Below are positions 1-9,698 of a stretch of DNA of 54,197 bases, in pieces. The stretch is from Thermoplasmatota archaeon (lineage in GTDB: Archaea; Thermoplasmatota; Poseidoniia; Poseidoniales; Thalassarchaeaceae). The stretch covers positions 1 through 54,197 of the forward strand of contig JAZADD010000029.1 of assembly GCA_036124005.1 (NCBI GenBank), in the 5' to 3' direction. Numbering within the stretch: position 1 is the stretch's first letter; every line of letters starts with the position of its first letter. A program made the translations under genes and the position numbers. The notes beneath the pieces were generated by a model. The model had not been told where the DNA came from. It worked only from the letters and a program-made list of their open reading frames with translations, and made no database searches.

Positions 1-1
1 G

Positions 2-718
2 CATGTCAACCGCTTTGTTTCAGGGGAACGCGCCTTGACAGAGTTCCATATTATGGCAGTTCCAGGGGGTTTTTCATTTGGAGATCACCTTGGTAGTGGT
101 AGACTTCTCGGCAACCGCCTTCGATTTGGGATGCGTGAACAGGTTCGTTCATTCGTTCATTCTGGAGGCCTTGTAATCGGTATTTGCAATGGTTTCCAAG
201 TACTTGTCAAAATGGGTCTATTGCCTGGAGATGATGATGTGAGTTTAGAACAGCAAGCATCCCTTGCTCTCAACGATTCAGGACACTACGAAGATCGATG
301 GGTAACACTTGAATTCAACTCTGAATCACCCTGTGTTTGGACGAATGGACTTGAACGAATTCGTGTACCGGTTCGCCATGGTGAAGGGAAATTTGTCTCT
401 TCAGCGCCTTTACTAGATCATTGGGATAGTGCAGGCCAAATCGTGGTCAGATATGTCGATCCAGACTCCACATATCCTTCTTCATCCGATGAACCCCTTC
501 CATACCCAATATCACCGAATGCAAGTATGAGGAACATTGCAGGTGTATGCGATCCAACGGGTCGCATCTTTGGGCTAATGCCTCATCCTGAAGCCAATCA
601 TTCCACTTGGTTGGGTGCAACATGGACTCGAGAACTCACAGCATCCGAACATGGTGAAGGCGAAGGGCTTGCAATTTTCCGTAATGCTGTTGATTATGTA
701 GAAAAGAACCTCAAATAA
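2..718 (+). CDS. purQ: Phosphoribosylformylglycinamidine synthase glutaminase subunit (PurQ-type), 5' end cut by the window edge
   Basis: The frame is open from the window start. Motifs PGGFSFGD, nucleophile GICNGFQ and C-terminal MPHPE fit the class I glutamine amidotransferase triad as in PurQ. Confidence 0.8.
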   Translation, partial: HVNRFVSGERALTEFHIMAVPGGFSFGDHLGSGRLLGNRLRFGMREQVRSFVHSGGLVIGICNGFQVLVKMGLLPGDDDVSLEQQASLALNDSGHYEDRWVTLEFNSESPCVWTNGLERIRVPVRHGEGKFVSSAPLLDHWDSAGQIVVRYVDPDSTYPSSSDEPLPYPISPNASMRNIAGVCDPTGRIFGLMPHPEANHSTWLGATWTRELTASEHGEGEGLAIFRNAVDYVEKNLK

Positions 719-739
719 CCAACATACTAAATTCACTCC

Positions 740-1102
740 ATGTCCAAACCAGAAGATGTGGTTTTGACAGTGGAAAATCCAGTTATTTTGGATGAACCCG
801 AAACCAAAAAACCGTATACTGCGGGCATCATCTTCTTTTCCATTTTGGCTTTTTTCGCTTTAACGAATTGGTGGGGAAGTTTTGATCCTACTAGTTGTTT
901 TTGTGGATTAACATCAATTTTAGTTGGCCTGATTCTAATGTTGCTTGACTTATACCAATCCAAGGCCTCCAAATTGAAAAGTGGAAAATCAACCATTCCA
1001 GAGAATATATCCATCGTTGTCACAATTTTATTCTTGGCATTATTATTGATGGCATTCGCCCTCGCCTACTTTTTCATGTACGAGTTCAATGGAATTGTGT
1101 AA
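740..1102 (+). CDS. Hypothetical small membrane protein
   Basis: 120-aa ORF with three hydrophobic stretches (IIFFSILAFFAL, LTSILVGLILMLL, IVVTILFLALLLMAFALAYFF). No family recognised. Confidence 0.45.
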   Translation: MSKPEDVVLTVENPVILDEPETKKPYTAGIIFFSILAFFALTNWWGSFDPTSCFCGLTSILVGLILMLLDLYQSKASKLKSGKSTIPENISIVVTILFLALLLMAFALAYFFMYEFNGIV

Positions 1103-1114
1103 TACTCACCATTT

Positions 1115-1798
1115 TCAGTCTGAATCAATCAAATCGTCAAGCTCACTTAACTCATCAGCAAACTCACTTCGCTTCTTCTTCCGCTGATCGATAAGTTCCT
1201 CAATAATCTCTTCAGATGCTTCTTCCCCAGTTCGTCGAACTTCTTCTTCGGCTCGAAATCTATCCATAAGTTCTCGATCTTCTCCTAATCGTTCAGATCT
1301 ATCCACTGTTGGGATTGGACGAGATGGACGCGTTCGTTGTCCGGTATCGTAATCTCTGGTTGAACCAGATTCAACCAATTCGATTGCATCGTGTAAAGCA
1401 TCACCATCTTCGGAAATAGAATCTAATTCGGTCTTTCTTAGGTTTGAATCTCTAGATGACTTCCTTGCCAATTCGAATGCCTTCATCACTTCTTCTTCCG
1501 TAGGTGGAGGCCGATGGCCTCTATGAGCACTGAGCAATCTTACAGCCTCTTTCAAGAATGGACCATGTACTGGATCATGGTCATGCCTCTCGGGTTCTGA
1601 CGTTAGAATCATGAGGTCTTTTGCGAGTTGATCAATGGGGCCTTCTGCTGTTTTTGACAAACGCTCCCTAACCCGTTTGTGCGTTGAGATACAATCTCTA
1701 CATCGCGCACTCCCCTCTTGATCGGGGGCATCACAGAGAAGACAGCAGATGGTGAACCCCATCTGCTGCATTGCCCGTCTTGGGAGCGACATCAACAC
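1115..1798 (-). CDS. Hypothetical acidic protein with an N-terminal Cys-rich zinc-ribbon-like motif
   Basis: 227-aa ORF. N-terminus reads CCLLCDAPDQEGSARCRDC and the remainder is E/D/R-rich. No family recognised and the start codon is uncertain. Confidence 0.45.
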   Translation of the reverse strand: MLMSLPRRAMQQMGFTICCLLCDAPDQEGSARCRDCISTHKRVRERLSKTAEGPIDQLAKDLMILTSEPERHDHDPVHGPFLKEAVRLLSAHRGHRPPPTEEEVMKAFELARKSSRDSNLRKTELDSISEDGDALHDAIELVESGSTRDYDTGQRTRPSRPIPTVDRSERLGEDRELMDRFRAEEEVRRTGEEASEEIIEELIDQRKKKRSEFADELSELDDLIDSD

Positions 1799-1871
1799 TT
1801 ACTCTCATGCACTGCCCAAGAACCCTCGGCTGACCCGTCGCATTGATTCGTTGAAGGAGAATCGCGGAACG

Positions 1872-2303
1872 ATGGCGGAACCGACATTGTTCACCCGGAT
1901 TATCCGGGGCGAGATACCTGCACACATTATTGCTCGAAGCGAACATTGGGTCGCATTCCTCGATATCTACCCACGTCGCCCCGGCCATACTCTCGTAGTT
2001 CCAATCGAAGAAGTAAGTCATTTGAGCGAATTAAGTGTGGAATCTCGTCGTCATTTATTGGATGGTGTAATTGAAACTCAACGTATTCTTTCCCAACGAT
2101 TTGAAACCGAAGATTTTCTTGTTGGTATCCATGATGGATCTAACGCCGGGCAAGAAGTACCTCATGTGCATATTCACATAATCCCACGAACTTTAGGCGA
2201 CGGCGGTCGCACCCTTCTTGCTTGTTGGCCAAATGCTCCAGCACCAGGCGGACATCCCGATTTTGAAGCCTTACAGGAAATGGCTGATTCCTTGAACACG
2301 TGA
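1872..2303 (+). CDS. HIT (histidine triad) family nucleotide hydrolase/transferase
   Basis: FTRIIRGEIPA N-terminus and the histidine triad HVHIHIIP. ATG at 1872 chosen over the longer ORF that starts at 1749. Confidence 0.85.
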   Translation: MAEPTLFTRIIRGEIPAHIIARSEHWVAFLDIYPRRPGHTLVVPIEEVSHLSELSVESRRHLLDGVIETQRILSQRFETEDFLVGIHDGSNAGQEVPHVHIHIIPRTLGDGGRTLLACWPNAPAPGGHPDFEALQEMADSLNT

Positions 2304-2312
2304 GGTCGAATT

Positions 2313-3839
2313 ATGTCAACACCAAGTGGGCTGGATATTCAACGATCTTCTGCTGCGTATGATCCAGAGGTTGCTACTTCTGCATCATCTCGCCGCCTCA
2401 ATCGAAAAGGCCTCGAACGAGTTAGATGGAAACATGATGGTACTCATCCAGGCAGCCCACTTGCTTGGAAAGCTCTCCGAAGCATGTTACGCCTTTCTTG
2501 GTTTACCCAATTTCGAAACAGAGAGATCAGTGGTGCAGAAACCATCGACCCAGAACGTGGATTGGTGGCTCTTGCTTGGCATACAGCAGGCCTTGTAGAT
2601 CCAATGGTAATCGTCCAATCTTGTGAAAAGAGATTCATCATGGTCGGACGACATGATTTGATGACTCGCCCAATCATTGGTCGTTGGGCAAGATCAATCG
2701 GCTCCCAACCAGTTCTAAGGCAACGTGAAATCGATGAAGGAACCACAGATGCTAATTTCGCTCGTGAAATCAATCACCGTAGTTTGCTAACAGTAGCACA
2801 CACAATATCTGGAGGGCATGGTTGCGTGATTATGCCTGAAGGGACAAGTCAAATCAATCCACGAATGATGCCATTGAGATCAGGTCCGATGCGCATCGCA
2901 CTCAATGCAGCAGCAGCAGCACAGGCACGAGACCGCCCCCTTCCTTCGATTCGACCAGTAGGCCTTCATTTCCGGGAGGCATGGAAGTTCAGGACAGATT
3001 GCTACGTTGAATTTGGTCAAGAAATCTCCATCGATGATATTGTTGATGACGAAGTGGTAGAGTCTCTTCTAGAAGGAGAGTGGACAGAACCGAATTTTGA
3101 TTCTGTTAACACCTTACGAAACAGAATCAAAGAATCATTAGATATCTTAACTCCAGATGCGGATGATTGGGATGAATTCCATTCTTGGTCGGTTATTTCT
3201 CATATAGAGAAAGATGCCGAGAATACTCCTCATGAAAACTGGTCAAGTGAAGTTCATGGCATCCGTTCAGTCCGCGATCGTCTTCGTTCAGGTGAGATTG
3301 AACCAGAAATTATGGAACCAGCATCACGAATTCAAAGTATTTTGAAATCCTCCTCACTCGATCCTCGATCTGTTGGTGCAGAGGGTGTAAGAACACCATC
3401 TCCAATGAAGTGGTTTGGTGTAATATGGGCCCTTTTCCTTATGCTCTTGAGTGCCCCATTGGCAATTTTCACATTACCTCAGGCACTACTTGCATGGTAT
3501 ATCGGAAATAATTCCGATGAGGGATTAGATGCACGGAGCACATTCCATATCATGGCCGTTACATTCTCTCCAGTTTTGATTTGGCCGTACCTTATTTTTG
3601 CAACCTCTAGCTACCTTTTACTGAATTATACTGAACTAATTACTTGGCAGATTATCACATACTCAGTCATTTGTAGCATTGCCATGATTCCATTTCTGCA
3701 CATATCTAACCTAATTTTCCTTAGAGGCTATGATGCATTCTTTGACTTCTTTACTGCTCTATCTCAATCACGATTGAGACGAAATATGGGAAGTAGGGTA
3801 AAGGAAGATGTGGATATAATCCTCGCATTCCTGAAATAG
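2313..3839 (+). CDS. Glycerolipid acyltransferase family protein (PlsC/LPLAT-like) with a C-terminal multi-TM region
   Basis: Acyltransferase-like blocks are AWHTAGLVDP (a His...Asp block with one extra residue versus the classic HX4D), VGRHDLMTRPIIGRWARSIGSQPVLR and MPEGTSQ (PEGT block). The C-terminal ~130 aa contain several hydrophobic helices. Confidence 0.6.
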   Translation: MSTPSGLDIQRSSAAYDPEVATSASSRRLNRKGLERVRWKHDGTHPGSPLAWKALRSMLRLSWFTQFRNREISGAETIDPERGLVALAWHTAGLVDPMVIVQSCEKRFIMVGRHDLMTRPIIGRWARSIGSQPVLRQREIDEGTTDANFAREINHRSLLTVAHTISGGHGCVIMPEGTSQINPRMMPLRSGPMRIALNAAAAAQARDRPLPSIRPVGLHFREAWKFRTDCYVEFGQEISIDDIVDDEVVESLLEGEWTEPNFDSVNTLRNRIKESLDILTPDADDWDEFHSWSVISHIEKDAENTPHENWSSEVHGIRSVRDRLRSGEIEPEIMEPASRIQSILKSSSLDPRSVGAEGVRTPSPMKWFGVIWALFLMLLSAPLAIFTLPQALLAWYIGNNSDEGLDARSTFHIMAVTFSPVLIWPYLIFATSSYLLLNYTELITWQIITYSVICSIAMIPFLHISNLIFLRGYDAFFDFFTALSQSRLRRNMGSRVKEDVDIILAFLK

Positions 3840-3844
3840 GTCGA

Positions 3845-4474
3845 GTGGGAGGCAAGGTTATGGATACAAAGGAGGCAATCGACCTTATCGAGCAATGGCT
3901 CGCGGAAGAAGGCCTCCAGAGCAAGAGTTTAGTTGATGCACGTGCCCAAAAACATCTCCACGTTCGCTATCCTCCCTCAAGAAACGGCCATCTATTCAAC
4001 ATAGTAATTCCAAAGGGAAGAAATCTCGTAATTATTGGGTCAGTTACTCGTGTAGATGCTGCCCAACAAGATGAGATGGCTTCTCATGCACAAGCAGATT
4101 CAGTTAGTTGGGAGGGGTGGTTGCATGAGACACGCCTCTCCTTAATTCGGGGGCAATTTGACTGGACAATTCATGTTGGTAAGAACGAAACGTCCTCATC
4201 AGGCCCCCTTCAGGCATTCAACATCTCTCGCCCAATCTGGTTTGATGGCCTTAACCAACATCGTTTTCTTGACACACTTCGAAGGATTTGGCTTAGTAAA
4301 TTAGGCATCATTCATGAGATACGTTTTGCGTATGGGCAAGGGTCCGGTACCCCCGGACCAGTAGATGATTGGGCTAAGTCCGCTCAAACACCGAACGGCC
4401 AATCAACTCCAGAGGTTGAGTTTCAAGAAGAATTACCCTTCGGCTCTTCCTTCGACGTCGATGAATGGGCCTAA
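3845..4474 (+). CDS. Hypothetical protein
   Basis: 209-aa ORF, 5 nt after the preceding stop. Alternative ATG at 3860. No confident family. Confidence 0.5.
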   Translation: MGGKVMDTKEAIDLIEQWLAEEGLQSKSLVDARAQKHLHVRYPPSRNGHLFNIVIPKGRNLVIIGSVTRVDAAQQDEMASHAQADSVSWEGWLHETRLSLIRGQFDWTIHVGKNETSSSGPLQAFNISRPIWFDGLNQHRFLDTLRRIWLSKLGIIHEIRFAYGQGSGTPGPVDDWAKSAQTPNGQSTPEVEFQEELPFGSSFDVDEWA

Positions 4475-4552
4475 CTCTAACGTGACCCGAAGTGGTTTCG
4501 CTTAAGTAGTGGTGGAGCCGGTATCCAAGTGTCCAACGGTAGGTGTGCCAAG

Positions 4553-7500
4553 ATGACTTACAGAGCGAAAACGAACAGCATTCTCCTAACTATTCTCATG
4601 GTCCTTAGTACGACCTTGATCCTCCCATCCGATGAGGTCGAGGCGGCAGAGGTAGTGATTACCGACGCTGTCCGCGTCGTTGACGGAGGCCAAATGAACG
4701 AACGCATGGTATCCATGGCGGCAGACAGTGAAGGAAATATCCACTTCGTTTGGAGTCGTAACACACAACACCTCTACTACACTATGCTGGATCCTCGAGC
4801 AGATATTGATGGCGATGGCCAAGCAGACCCTCTCATCGATGTGACTCAAATCTCAAACCCTGGAACGCACCGCGCTTGGCACCCAGATATTGCAATTGAT
4901 TCCTTGGACCGAGTTCATGTTACTTGGACAGATAAGTCTAGTCAACATGCAATCAAGTACACCGTTCTTGATCCAAAACTTGCACCACGTGATGGGAGTC
5001 AAGCGGATGATACTGTGATTTCCGTAGTTAACGACATGGTCGTAAGCCAACGTCAGCAGAATCGTGATTGGCCAGCCATTGCAATCGATTCACAAGACAA
5101 TGCGCATATTGTTTGGGAGGATTCCTTTGATCCTCTCGAGAAGTTCTACTTCCAGCCTCAGATTTACTATTCAATGATTGAATTCGATGGTTCTGTAGCT
5201 ACTACAGCTATTGACGACTCAATGTTGACTCCAATCATTGGACACAAAGGCCACCCAGATGTTGCAGTGGATGCTGATGATTACGTGCAGGTTGTCTGGG
5301 ATGACACACGTGGCGGTAAGGTGGAAATGGTAGTTCCAATCGATACTTCAGGATCTATGTATTCAGAGTGGGCAGATGTCTGCACTGTGTTTTATGGTGG
5401 AAGTTTCAGCAGTGGTGGATATTTCCGTGGTATTAAGCCAATGTTAGAAGATGCAAACATCACAGTGTATGAGACGATTTACGCCATTCTTGGATACGGC
5501 ATCCCGTCTGCAGGTCAGGGTAATACCTGTTCGACTGCATATCAGACAGGTGGAAGCGGCTCACAAGGCCCACGAGCAACACATCTTGGTCAGTACCCTG
5601 GAGACGATTCCGGCGGTATTCGAAAGTTGCAGAACTTCATTTTCAATGGTGCTTCAGTAACCGGCTCTTCAGGTGAAGATTGGGGCCCATCATCAACTTG
5701 GGCTTGTCTTTCATGGAAGGACGCATCAGGTAACGTACCAGGTAACCCTCCTACCGCTTCGGATCACAAGTGGAATCCAAATGCAACCAAGATTGTAATT
5801 CCAATTTCCGACGAAGGTCCACGAAATGGTGACCCCGCTCAACAATCCGATGACACACAGAGTATCAACGAGGCTCATGATGCCTGTGTCAGAGCAGGCG
5901 TCGTACCAGTGCCCATGGCAGGTAGTACATGGGGAGGGGGGACTCAGATTCAATCACACATGTCAGATCTTGCGAACTGCCCTAATGGTGTGGTAAACAC
6001 CAATCCTAGAATTTGTCCCGGTTCAACCATTCGAAATACGGATGCAGGTGGAGAGGTATACAATTTCCCAGCATCTGGAGGAGGCTCACAACAAATGCAA
6101 CTTCTTGTGGAGGCAATGGTCTACCTTGCAACGAACAATTCACGTGAAATTTTCATGACAGTACTCGCTCCACACGCCCTTCTAGATAATCCATCACCTG
6201 GATGGCAAAAGGGCGATTCAGCAACCACTACTACAAGTAGCGCATATACAGAGGATGTTGGCCCAGCCATGGATTCACAAGGTTATGGCCACTTCGTTGT
6301 CGTAAACGATACTCGCGTGACTCTTGATGACGCTTTCAGCTTCCATCCAGCAATTGCTATCGATAGTCAAGGAAATACCCACATTGCTTGGATGGATGGT
6401 CGTGGTTATGGATTCGAGAAGAATGTAAATTATGAGGTATTCTACACCCGTCTACGACTTCGTGGTGCTGCGGAATGGAATGGTGTTGAGGGAGGCCTTC
6501 CTTCTTATGGAATCAAGCAAATTGTTGACACACGGATATCCGAGTATGAAGGCTCCGGGGGCATCCAACAAGGAAATCCATTCGCGCCATCGTCCTATAT
6601 GCCAGCAATCTTGACAGATGCTCGAGATAATATCCACATTACTTGGTTGGAAAACAGCAATTCGTCTCAAGGCGAGGCAATCATGTACACTCGTCTCAAT
6701 CATACGAATGATCAACCATCTTGGCCATTGAACTCAATCGCATCATCAGTTCTTGATCCATGGGAACCAACTGAGGTTACAACATGGAATTCAGATAAGT
6801 TAGGTCCAAACTCAGGCAATGCACCTGAGTTGAGTCAACCCCCTGCATTTGCAAATGATTTGGGGAGTGGTGCCCATATTGCTTGGTCTGATACGAACAA
6901 GTGTAATGACGAGTCGAACTCGAACACATACACACTTTGCTATGTGCACGTTCTTACAGGACAAGTAGAGGTTGGTTTGCAAGATGGCGAGACATTCTAC
7001 CATGTCATCGAACCGGGTGAGGAAACAATGTACAACCTCAGTGTCAACAATACAACACCCGGCCCTCCGGAGCTTGTTGCTGACACTTTCTCTCTGAACC
7101 TTAGTGGGGTTCCACTAAACTGGTCTGCAACTGTTTACTTCTCTAGTAACCATACGACAATATTCCCTGATACACCAATCCATCTACTTGGTGGTGAACG
7201 TGTTGAGGTCTACATGCGTGTCATTGCACCATCTATCTATCAGGCCGATGCGGACGAAGTTGCAAACATCATCGTCTCTGCAGTATCATACAAAGATCCA
7301 GCAATTCGAAGCGATCGATTAACGAGTACACTGATGGATGTTGTTCACGGGATTGCATTGGATACAAGCCATACACAGAGCGATGTCGAGCAAGGTGGAA
7401 CAGCAATTTTCTCAATAACAATTACGAATACAGGCAACGTCTATGACACCTTCCAATTCTATGATCCGAATAGTCTCGAAGGTCAACAAGAATGGCTTCT

Positions 7501-9655
7501 ACCTTATGGTTGGGGTGTGAAGTTCCCGTTGAGTGTTTCACTTGAGCCAGGGGCATCGGTTACAAAGAACCTCGAAGTGAATATTCCAACGACACAAGAA
7601 CCTGGAACATGGGTAATATTCGTCAAAGGGTGGTCTATGGGAGAGCCTGTAAAATCCGTTGAGAAAGGCACTTATGATATTCTTGAACTGTGGATCAACG
7701 TATCCATTCGTTCAACAGGAAATATCGTATTCGAGATATTTGATACTTCAGAAGAAGTACTTCCAGGTGAATGTGCAGAATATGTGATCAAGGTCACCAA
7801 GTACTTCGCACCAGGGCACCTCATCTTCACATTACCAGGTGGGCCCGAAGAACGCAACACTTCGATTCCAGAGCACATTTGGCGGCAAGATCATTGGACA
7901 GTAACTCTCGACTTCCTCAATGCTCCTGACTATGATGAAAATACAAGATACGAACCCGGTGTTCCAAGGTATTGGGATCAGACTGAGCGCCCGTACGAGG
8001 TGACTGCAGAGGTGTGCGCACCCACTTTGGCGGATGCCGGACTTGGTCCAGCAGTGAAGGTCAAGGCGTATCTCCAAGGTTCACCCAAGGTTTCCGATGA
8101 AGAGATTCTCTCAACTATGGTGAAGCATGTATACGATATTGATGCGAGCACAGAATCACTGGAAAATGACATGAATCCAGGCGAGACTTGGGCAGTACCA
8201 ATCAATATTCAAAATGATGGAAATGGTCCAGATCGTTATGACATGCGTGTTACTGAGATTGCAGACTCTCAAGGATTCGCCCAACCATGGGATGTTGAAA
8301 TATTCCGTTCTGATATGAGTGAATTAGCACGAGACACTAATCAGACAGTCATGGTTCATGTGAATGCACCATCTGAGGTTGCAGCAGGAGACTATCAAGT
8401 CACACTCTCAATTTTCTCTGAAGAGGCCTTTGATGGAACCCGTCTTAGAGATATTATTCCACTGACTGTGACAATCAATGAGTTCCATGATATCCAACTT
8501 ACACTCGACCCATTCGTTGAGAGTGCAGTAAAGACTACGGCACCAGGTCGAACAGTTCGATTCATCCTTAATTTGACGAATAATGGAAATGTCCCTGATG
8601 TCCCAACTCTCCATAACCACACCAAGAAGGGTGGAGAATGGGATCCAACACCTGGTCTGAATGAGTTAGCTGGCTGGGCTTCTGGTGATGGAACATCTCA
8701 AGCAGTAGAATTTGCAATTCTCGATGGTTTCGAAACAGAGTACCCAATTGAAATTTCTTGCCTCACAGTTGCGAGTGGAGAGACTCCACCTGTATACGAG
8801 TGCTACTATGATGAGTTCACAGGAACCTGGTATTTCCCGCCAATGCCTGCTTATACTACAATTCAGATAGTTGCTATCATCAATGTCGGTAGTGATGCAG
8901 CCCTCGGAGATCAGACAATAGGAATCAAATCCCTTTCAGAATTTGGCGACGCCTTTGAAGGAGGAGACCATGATGAGACTCCTGAATGGGCCGATTCCTG
9001 TTCTATCGATTCAGATAATGATGGCTTGCCAGACAACGACATTGGTTGTGACACCAATGAACAGATTCTCCACCTTCGTCTACGGGCTCCAGACCTAATC
9101 TTTGTTGGAGAAGCTTCCATTGGAGACACTAGCAGAGAAGTTGGTGAGATGATACCGGTAACCGTTCAAATCCAGAATATTGGAAACGTCCATGCTACAG
9201 ATGTCAACATCATCCTTTGTGTGGGCAAGATGGATGACATCAAGGCAGACGGATGTAGTGAGGAACACATCGTCTATCGCCGAGTTATTGGTGCTTTGAT
9301 GCCAACGAGTCCGGATGCAAGTAGCGAGGCTCCAGAGATTACACTACTCTACCCTGTGACTGCAGGTAGTGAGCAGGTTGTCGTCGTCATTGATCCAGAG
9401 AGGACCATTGTTGAGAGCAGCGACGACAATAACTATCTCGATATCCAAGAAGACCTCCAATCCGAGAACCCAATTATGGACGTGGCTCTTGTTGTCGTCG
9501 GTAAATGGTCAGTTCCAACTATCATTATGGCAGCAACGGCTGGTTTGATTGGTGTTGCAGGCCTGATGATGCTATCCCGTCGTAAGGAGGCCTTGGATCG
9601 TGTTGCAGAACAGAGCAGCATCCTCCAAGGTGTCGATGAAGACGCTCGCTTTTGA
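4553..9655 (+). CDS. Giant secreted, C-terminally anchored surface protein: repeat (propeller-like) region with an inserted vWA domain, then multiple Ig-like/CARDB-like domains
   Basis: Signal-peptide-like N-terminus (ILLTILMVLSTTLILPS). Seven copies of a motif like HPxIAIDSxxNxHIxWxD. MIDAS-like DTSGS at 5342..5356. Repeated NTGN/NNGN/NIGN beta-sandwich signatures. DSDNDGLPDND Ca-binding-like repeat. TM helix at 9506..9577 followed by a basic tail. Confidence 0.8.
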   Translation: MTYRAKTNSILLTILMVLSTTLILPSDEVEAAEVVITDAVRVVDGGQMNERMVSMAADSEGNIHFVWSRNTQHLYYTMLDPRADIDGDGQADPLIDVTQISNPGTHRAWHPDIAIDSLDRVHVTWTDKSSQHAIKYTVLDPKLAPRDGSQADDTVISVVNDMVVSQRQQNRDWPAIAIDSQDNAHIVWEDSFDPLEKFYFQPQIYYSMIEFDGSVATTAIDDSMLTPIIGHKGHPDVAVDADDYVQVVWDDTRGGKVEMVVPIDTSGSMYSEWADVCTVFYGGSFSSGGYFRGIKPMLEDANITVYETIYAILGYGIPSAGQGNTCSTAYQTGGSGSQGPRATHLGQYPGDDSGGIRKLQNFIFNGASVTGSSGEDWGPSSTWACLSWKDASGNVPGNPPTASDHKWNPNATKIVIPISDEGPRNGDPAQQSDDTQSINEAHDACVRAGVVPVPMAGSTWGGGTQIQSHMSDLANCPNGVVNTNPRICPGSTIRNTDAGGEVYNFPASGGGSQQMQLLVEAMVYLATNNSREIFMTVLAPHALLDNPSPGWQKGDSATTTTSSAYTEDVGPAMDSQGYGHFVVVNDTRVTLDDAFSFHPAIAIDSQGNTHIAWMDGRGYGFEKNVNYEVFYTRLRLRGAAEWNGVEGGLPSYGIKQIVDTRISEYEGSGGIQQGNPFAPSSYMPAILTDARDNIHITWLENSNSSQGEAIMYTRLNHTNDQPSWPLNSIASSVLDPWEPTEVTTWNSDKLGPNSGNAPELSQPPAFANDLGSGAHIAWSDTNKCNDESNSNTYTLCYVHVLTGQVEVGLQDGETFYHVIEPGEETMYNLSVNNTTPGPPELVADTFSLNLSGVPLNWSATVYFSSNHTTIFPDTPIHLLGGERVEVYMRVIAPSIYQADADEVANIIVSAVSYKDPAIRSDRLTSTLMDVVHGIALDTSHTQSDVEQGGTAIFSITITNTGNVYDTFQFYDPNSLEGQQEWLLPYGWGVKFPLSVSLEPGASVTKNLEVNIPTTQEPGTWVIFVKGWSMGEPVKSVEKGTYDILELWINVSIRSTGNIVFEIFDTSEEVLPGECAEYVIKVTKYFAPGHLIFTLPGGPEERNTSIPEHIWRQDHWTVTLDFLNAPDYDENTRYEPGVPRYWDQTERPYEVTAEVCAPTLADAGLGPAVKVKAYLQGSPKVSDEEILSTMVKHVYDIDASTESLENDMNPGETWAVPINIQNDGNGPDRYDMRVTEIADSQGFAQPWDVEIFRSDMSELARDTNQTVMVHVNAPSEVAAGDYQVTLSIFSEEAFDGTRLRDIIPLTVTINEFHDIQLTLDPFVESAVKTTAPGRTVRFILNLTNNGNVPDVPTLHNHTKKGGEWDPTPGLNELAGWASGDGTSQAVEFAILDGFETEYPIEISCLTVASGETPPVYECYYDEFTGTWYFPPMPAYTTIQIVAIINVGSDAALGDQTIGIKSLSEFGDAFEGGDHDETPEWADSCSIDSDNDGLPDNDIGCDTNEQILHLRLRAPDLIFVGEASIGDTSREVGEMIPVTVQIQNIGNVHATDVNIILCVGKMDDIKADGCSEEHIVYRRVIGALMPTSPDASSEAPEITLLYPVTAGSEQVVVVIDPERTIVESSDDNNYLDIQEDLQSENPIMDVALVVVGKWSVPTIIMAATAGLIGVAGLMMLSRRKEALDRVAEQSSILQGVDEDARF
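5324..6163 (+). other. von Willebrand factor A-like domain inserted within the repeat region of the giant protein
   Basis: The VVPIDTSGSM (DxSxS MIDAS) motif opens the segment, followed by IVIPISDEG. It is flanked by IAIDS-type repeat units on both sides. Boundaries are approximate. Confidence 0.55.
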
Positions 9656-9698
9656 TGACAAAGTGTCCCTTTCCATGGGATACTGAATTGGAAGAGCG

